NCBI GenBank assembly: GCA_964016885.1
Contig: OZ024740.1
Coordinates: 349,370,001-349,434,000 of the forward strand
DNA from: Eledone cirrhosa
Taxonomy: Eukaryota
DNA: 64,000 nt
Direction of reading: 5' to 3'
Position numbers and translations under genes: made by a program. Below the pieces are notes generated by a model. It saw only the letters and a list, made by a program, of their open reading frames with translations, made no database searches and was not told where the DNA came from. Position 1 is the stretch's first letter. The number at the start of each line of letters is the position of its first letter. This document shows positions 59,335 through 64,000 of this stretch, piece after piece.

Positions 59335-59588
59335 GAGGAAGTTATAGTTCACTTGAAGCATTGTGTAATGAGGTATAAACGTTTGTATATGTATAATAGA
59401 GCCAAAACAATGCAGGTATGGACATAGAATAAGGAATGCAAATGCAAAAGATATTGTTGACAATTAGTCTTTTACCTTAGATTTATTTAAATGTCCTTAA
59501 TTTTCGAGATAATATCTCTTCTTCGGAGGGAAGTAAAGCGGTTAAACCAGTGTTCTAAATAGCTTGCCAAGCTGGTGAACCTCAAACC

Positions 59589-59624
<36 letters not shown>

Positions 59625-59764
59625 GGTTTGAGGTTCACCACTGTATAGAGCTGGTCTATTCCGTATGGTCAATCGTAATGCAATAATATAGAGAGTACTC
59701 AACGTAAAGCAGTTCAACCGTCTTTGTTTTTGTAGTTGGTGGTTCTATTACGGAGTTAAATATT

Positions 59765-60113
<349 letters not shown>

Positions 60114-62530
60114 GTGCGTGTGTGTACAGTTTACCTCTACTAAATTTCACTCACCAAGTGTGTTCGTCAACCTGAAAAGGCTATGGCAAAAACAATTGGT
60201 AAAGTTGTCAGGCAGTGAAACTAAACCCGAAGTACATGGGTCGGAAGCGAACTGTCTTAATTATCATACTTTAATCTATTTGAGTAAGCATGGAAGACAA
60301 CCTTTTTTTTATCAAGCAATTGCTTGTATTGTTAGCCGCTCTCTTTATATTTCTAATGTTTATCTTTCCTCTCTAGCTTTATCTATTTCTAATTTTGTCT
60401 TCTTATCTATCAGTTTAAATCTGACTTTTACTTCATTAAATATCCCGTTCCATCGAGGCTTCATTCTGGGTTGGATTTTTTTCGTTTTTTTTCTTTCCCT
60501 TTCCTTTTTTATTTCGTTTAAATATTTTTTTTTCTAACATTAGAACGTTATCTTATAATAGTTAAGAAAGTTTGTGAGTGTCACCAAAAAAATTACCTCC
60601 CTTAAAACCTGACGATATTACATCGTAAACAATCATCCTATTTTTCATGTTCCACAATGCTTCAAGCAAACTTTAATACTCTCTTATCCTTACACCTGAG
60701 CCAGGAATTGTTTGCATCCGTAAGGGAGCTTTTCAGACTGTCGGAGAAACTGGCCAAGGTTGGCTGCCAAATTAAGCACACTGTAAACAACGAAGGCCAC
60801 GTGTTGTTCTTCTCCGACACAACTCTTTCCCCACGGAAAATCCCCCTGTTGATGGATGTGAAATCCGAAATATAGGGACTATCAAATCGCTTCCAAGGTA
60901 ACTCTATTTCGTGTTATTATTTTTTACAGTTTTTCTACGTTCTTTTACTCTCTCTATGTCTCTTTCTACGCTTCCTCTTACATCTCCCTCTCTCAATATC
61001 TGATTTTGTTACGAAGATTTACCCATCTGCATTGTTGAGGCTTCCAAAACGACTATTTTTCATATTCCACAATGCTTCAAGCAAACTTTAACACTCTCTT
61101 ATCCTTGTATATGTTCTATTTTCCACTCCCTTTCCTATTCTCATCCTTTTGTCTTTCTCATTGCCAGCACTTATCCTGTTATTTCCTGTCTCTTTGATAA
61201 CCTCATACACAAGAACATACTTTCTCTCTCTTCCTCTCTTTTCCCCTTTCTCTCCCTGTCTCTCTCCTTCTTATCTCTCACAGATACATTTACAGAGGGA
61301 CAATGAGAGATGATCATTCAGTTACATATTTCCACCTCCACCGCCATCAATGACTTCACGCCCAACTTTCTATTTTTATCTACCAACATTTATTTAGAGT
61401 TCATAAAACACAAATAACATAAAAATGAAAATAAAAATAGAAAATAGATTGGGGTGCAAACTCCACACCATTGGTTGGACAACATATCTCAGCTACGTTC
61501 CACGTAGCTACGAAAAGCAGCCAATCATAGCCGCTGCATCAGTCATTCGACCTCAAGGTGTTCCTTCCACGGGCACGATGACCTCATACGGATTAAGTAG
61601 AAGAAAACAAGAGCCCAAGAAGTTAAAATACCGGTGGTTACAAATGTGACAAGAGCAACATTATTGACTGATATGTCATTACCTTTCGCTCCTTTGTGTT
61701 GCGCACGGCAAGGCTCGAGTTGATGACTGAAGCAATATGTTAGCACTAGAGAATGTATCACAATACATTAAAAGCGCTACCCCATCCAGGCTTCTACCAT
61801 CACCGAAGTCAAGGACGACAGACTCCAATTGTGACAGGATATTGACAGCGTTGAAACTTTTTAATGATTTCTATTATTTTATCCATAATTTATCAATGAA
61901 ACATCTCTATTTAACAATGGGAAAAGTAATACTACAACTTGTGCTCGTAGGAAGTAATCATACCCTGAATAAAACGTTGTTTATAGATTATTTGTCAGTT
62001 AACAGTATTAACTGTTTCGCTATAATAGTGTGTTAAAGGATATAGCTGCATATTTTAGCGAACAGTCCTTGTAGTACACAAATGTAAACACCTTGACACC
62101 ACATGCAGCACTTCTTTGAGAGAAAAAGAAGGATGAGCCGGATTAGTTCGAAACTTGTGTTTGGAGTTCATCAGTTACTGAGTACTTTCTATTACAGGAC
62201 ATAGTGATACTATTTAGAAATGCACTATTAAGGGTCTACATATGTTCTGTTATTAATAAAAAAAATTTACAACAGGATGGAAACTGGACTAGCCGATCTA
62301 GATCTACGTTTAAACAACTGTTTTTAACTCCACTCCTAAAATAGCAGCTATGTGTGGAAAACGGTGCCTCGACAAATATCATTTTGAATGTCATTTGCTA
62401 ACGTAAGTATTTCTCATCAATGAGAGTAAAAACATCATTCCTGGTGATTCGTAAAATGATCTTGTTGATACGTCAAGTCAGAAAAATGTACGTTTCAGCC
62501 TCTAGTCTGCTTCCACCCTTATAGATAGGA

Positions 62531-62602
62531 CATGTATGTATGTATGTATGTATGTATGTATGTATGTATGTATGTATGTATGTATGTATGTATGTATGTA
62601 TG
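62531..62602. repeat. (ATGT)n microsatellite
   Basis: Direct observation. Confidence 0.95.
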
Positions 62603-62795
62603 GAAACTGGGTTAACTCTGACATAAAACCTGCGGCTCAGTAGTTACCGATGTTGTTGATCTTTTCTTCTTTTCGGGTTATAGCTACTGTCGCTCAGAGA
62701 TTAGGATTGGCTCAGTGCACAGTCTTTCCTCACTTTAAAAATATTCGTCACGCACAGGCATTGCACGAGTGCATTAATAATTATTAATAGTGTAC

Positions 62796-62840
<45 letters not shown>

Positions 62841-62877
62841 TATTATTACTTTTTTTTTTTTTTTTTTTTCCAATTCA

Positions 62878-64000
62878 ATGATGTTCCAGAACAATATAAA
62901 AGAGATAATTGGCAATTTAGGTTCTGGAACAAAAAAGATCATTGGCAATAAGGGCAGGGGCCCCAGGTTATCACAGCCTGGGCCCGCTCGTCATCGTGCC
63001 ATTGTAATAGAGCCAAACAAGGCATTTAGTCTTGGCTGCTGGAACGTACGGACGCTGCTTGACAGGGATTCCTTGGGGCGTCCTGAACGAAGGACCGCTC
63101 TTGTTGCAAAGGAGCTTCGACGTTACGATCTTGACATCGTGGCTTTATCTGAGACGAGGCTAGCTGGAGATGGTCATCTTACGGAATTTTGTGGAGAATA
63201 TAAATTCTTCTGGAAAGGAAGAGATGAAGGAACCAGAAGAGAGGCTGGGGTAGGATTTGCTGTTAAGACTGTGCTTGTGAACAAATTAGAAGAATTCCCA
63301 GTAGGGATTAGTGAGCGTCTTATGTCCATGAGAGTTCCGCTGGACAAGGGAAGATATGCTACCCTGGTGAGTGTGTATGCTCCAACTATGAGTTCTGTCG
63401 ATGAGGAAAAGGTGTCCTTTTACCATGCCTTGAAAGGTGTTTTAAGAAATATCCCTCAGGCAGACAAAGTCATCGTGCTTGGTGACTTTAATGCTAGAGT
63501 TGGTAGGGATTTTAACACATGGAATGTAATCGGAAGGCATGGGGTGGGAAAGTGTAACAGCAATGGTATGCTGCAGCTGCAGATGTGTGAGGAGCCGGAT
63601 CTGTGTGTTACCAACACCATGTTCCAACAAAAGAACAAATTCAAGACCACATGGATGCATCCTACATCTAAGGAATGGCATCTTTTGGACTACGTCCTAG
63701 TCAGGATGCGTGACAGACAGGATGTGCAGTGTGTTCGTGTTCTTCGTGGAGCTGAGTGCTGGACGGACCACCGCCTGGTACGCGCAAAAGTGAAACTAAT
63801 CACTAAACGTAAAATCCGGGCTCCTGGTGTTGCCCTGCCCAAAAGATTGAATGCTGCTTGTCTTAAGGATAAAAATGTGAAGAGGACATTGGAAGAAGAG
63901 ATGCAGGCTGCAGATCTTGGTGAGGATTGGTCGACCCTTAAAAAGTCGGTTTATGATGTAGGCAGGCGTGTTCTGGGATTGGCGCAGGGGAAACATCAGG
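62878..64000 (+). mobile_element. RTE-clade LINE ORF, AP endonuclease domain, uninterrupted and open to the window end
   Basis: From ATG 62878: GCWNVRTL, DIVALSETRL, GVGFAV, SVYAPT, VLGDFNARVG, TTWMHP, LLDYVLV and WTDHRLV. No stop seen. Confidence 0.92.

Noticed and set aside
60640-61105. Short direct repeat (about 50 bp) and 72-aa ORF
   Set aside because: Probably a retroelement relic, but there is no diagnostic motif to support a call.

Overview
This is AT-rich, microsatellite-dense eukaryotic DNA. A mollusc, probably an octopus, fits best (inferred from the IL-17 array, SINE type and repeat content). The left 28.5 kb is a zig-zag array of about 99%-identical inverted duplications. It carries two intact two-exon interleukin-17-like genes head-to-head (9685-11751 minus, 22656-24722 plus) and the 3' flank of a predicted third copy just before the window. 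Both turning points of the array are built from Penelope-like retroelement (PLE) modules, hammerhead ribozymes and (TA)n tracts. The rest of the window is retroelement terrain: a permuted tandem Naiad-type PLE, two Neptune-type PLEs, RTE/R4 LINE fragments, SINEs, Helentron-like HINEs, fold-back hairpins and an RTE LINE whose ORF runs open off the right edge. The main observations are (1) palindromic IL-17 amplification anchored on PLE modules, (2) a conserved HIV-like T TTT TTA -1 frameshift site joining an ORF1 to RT-GIY-YIG in both Neptune elements, (3) a 522-bp hammerhead-bearing retrozyme-like unit, and (4) nine intact minimal hammerhead cores from five families. All alignments and counts were done by eye.
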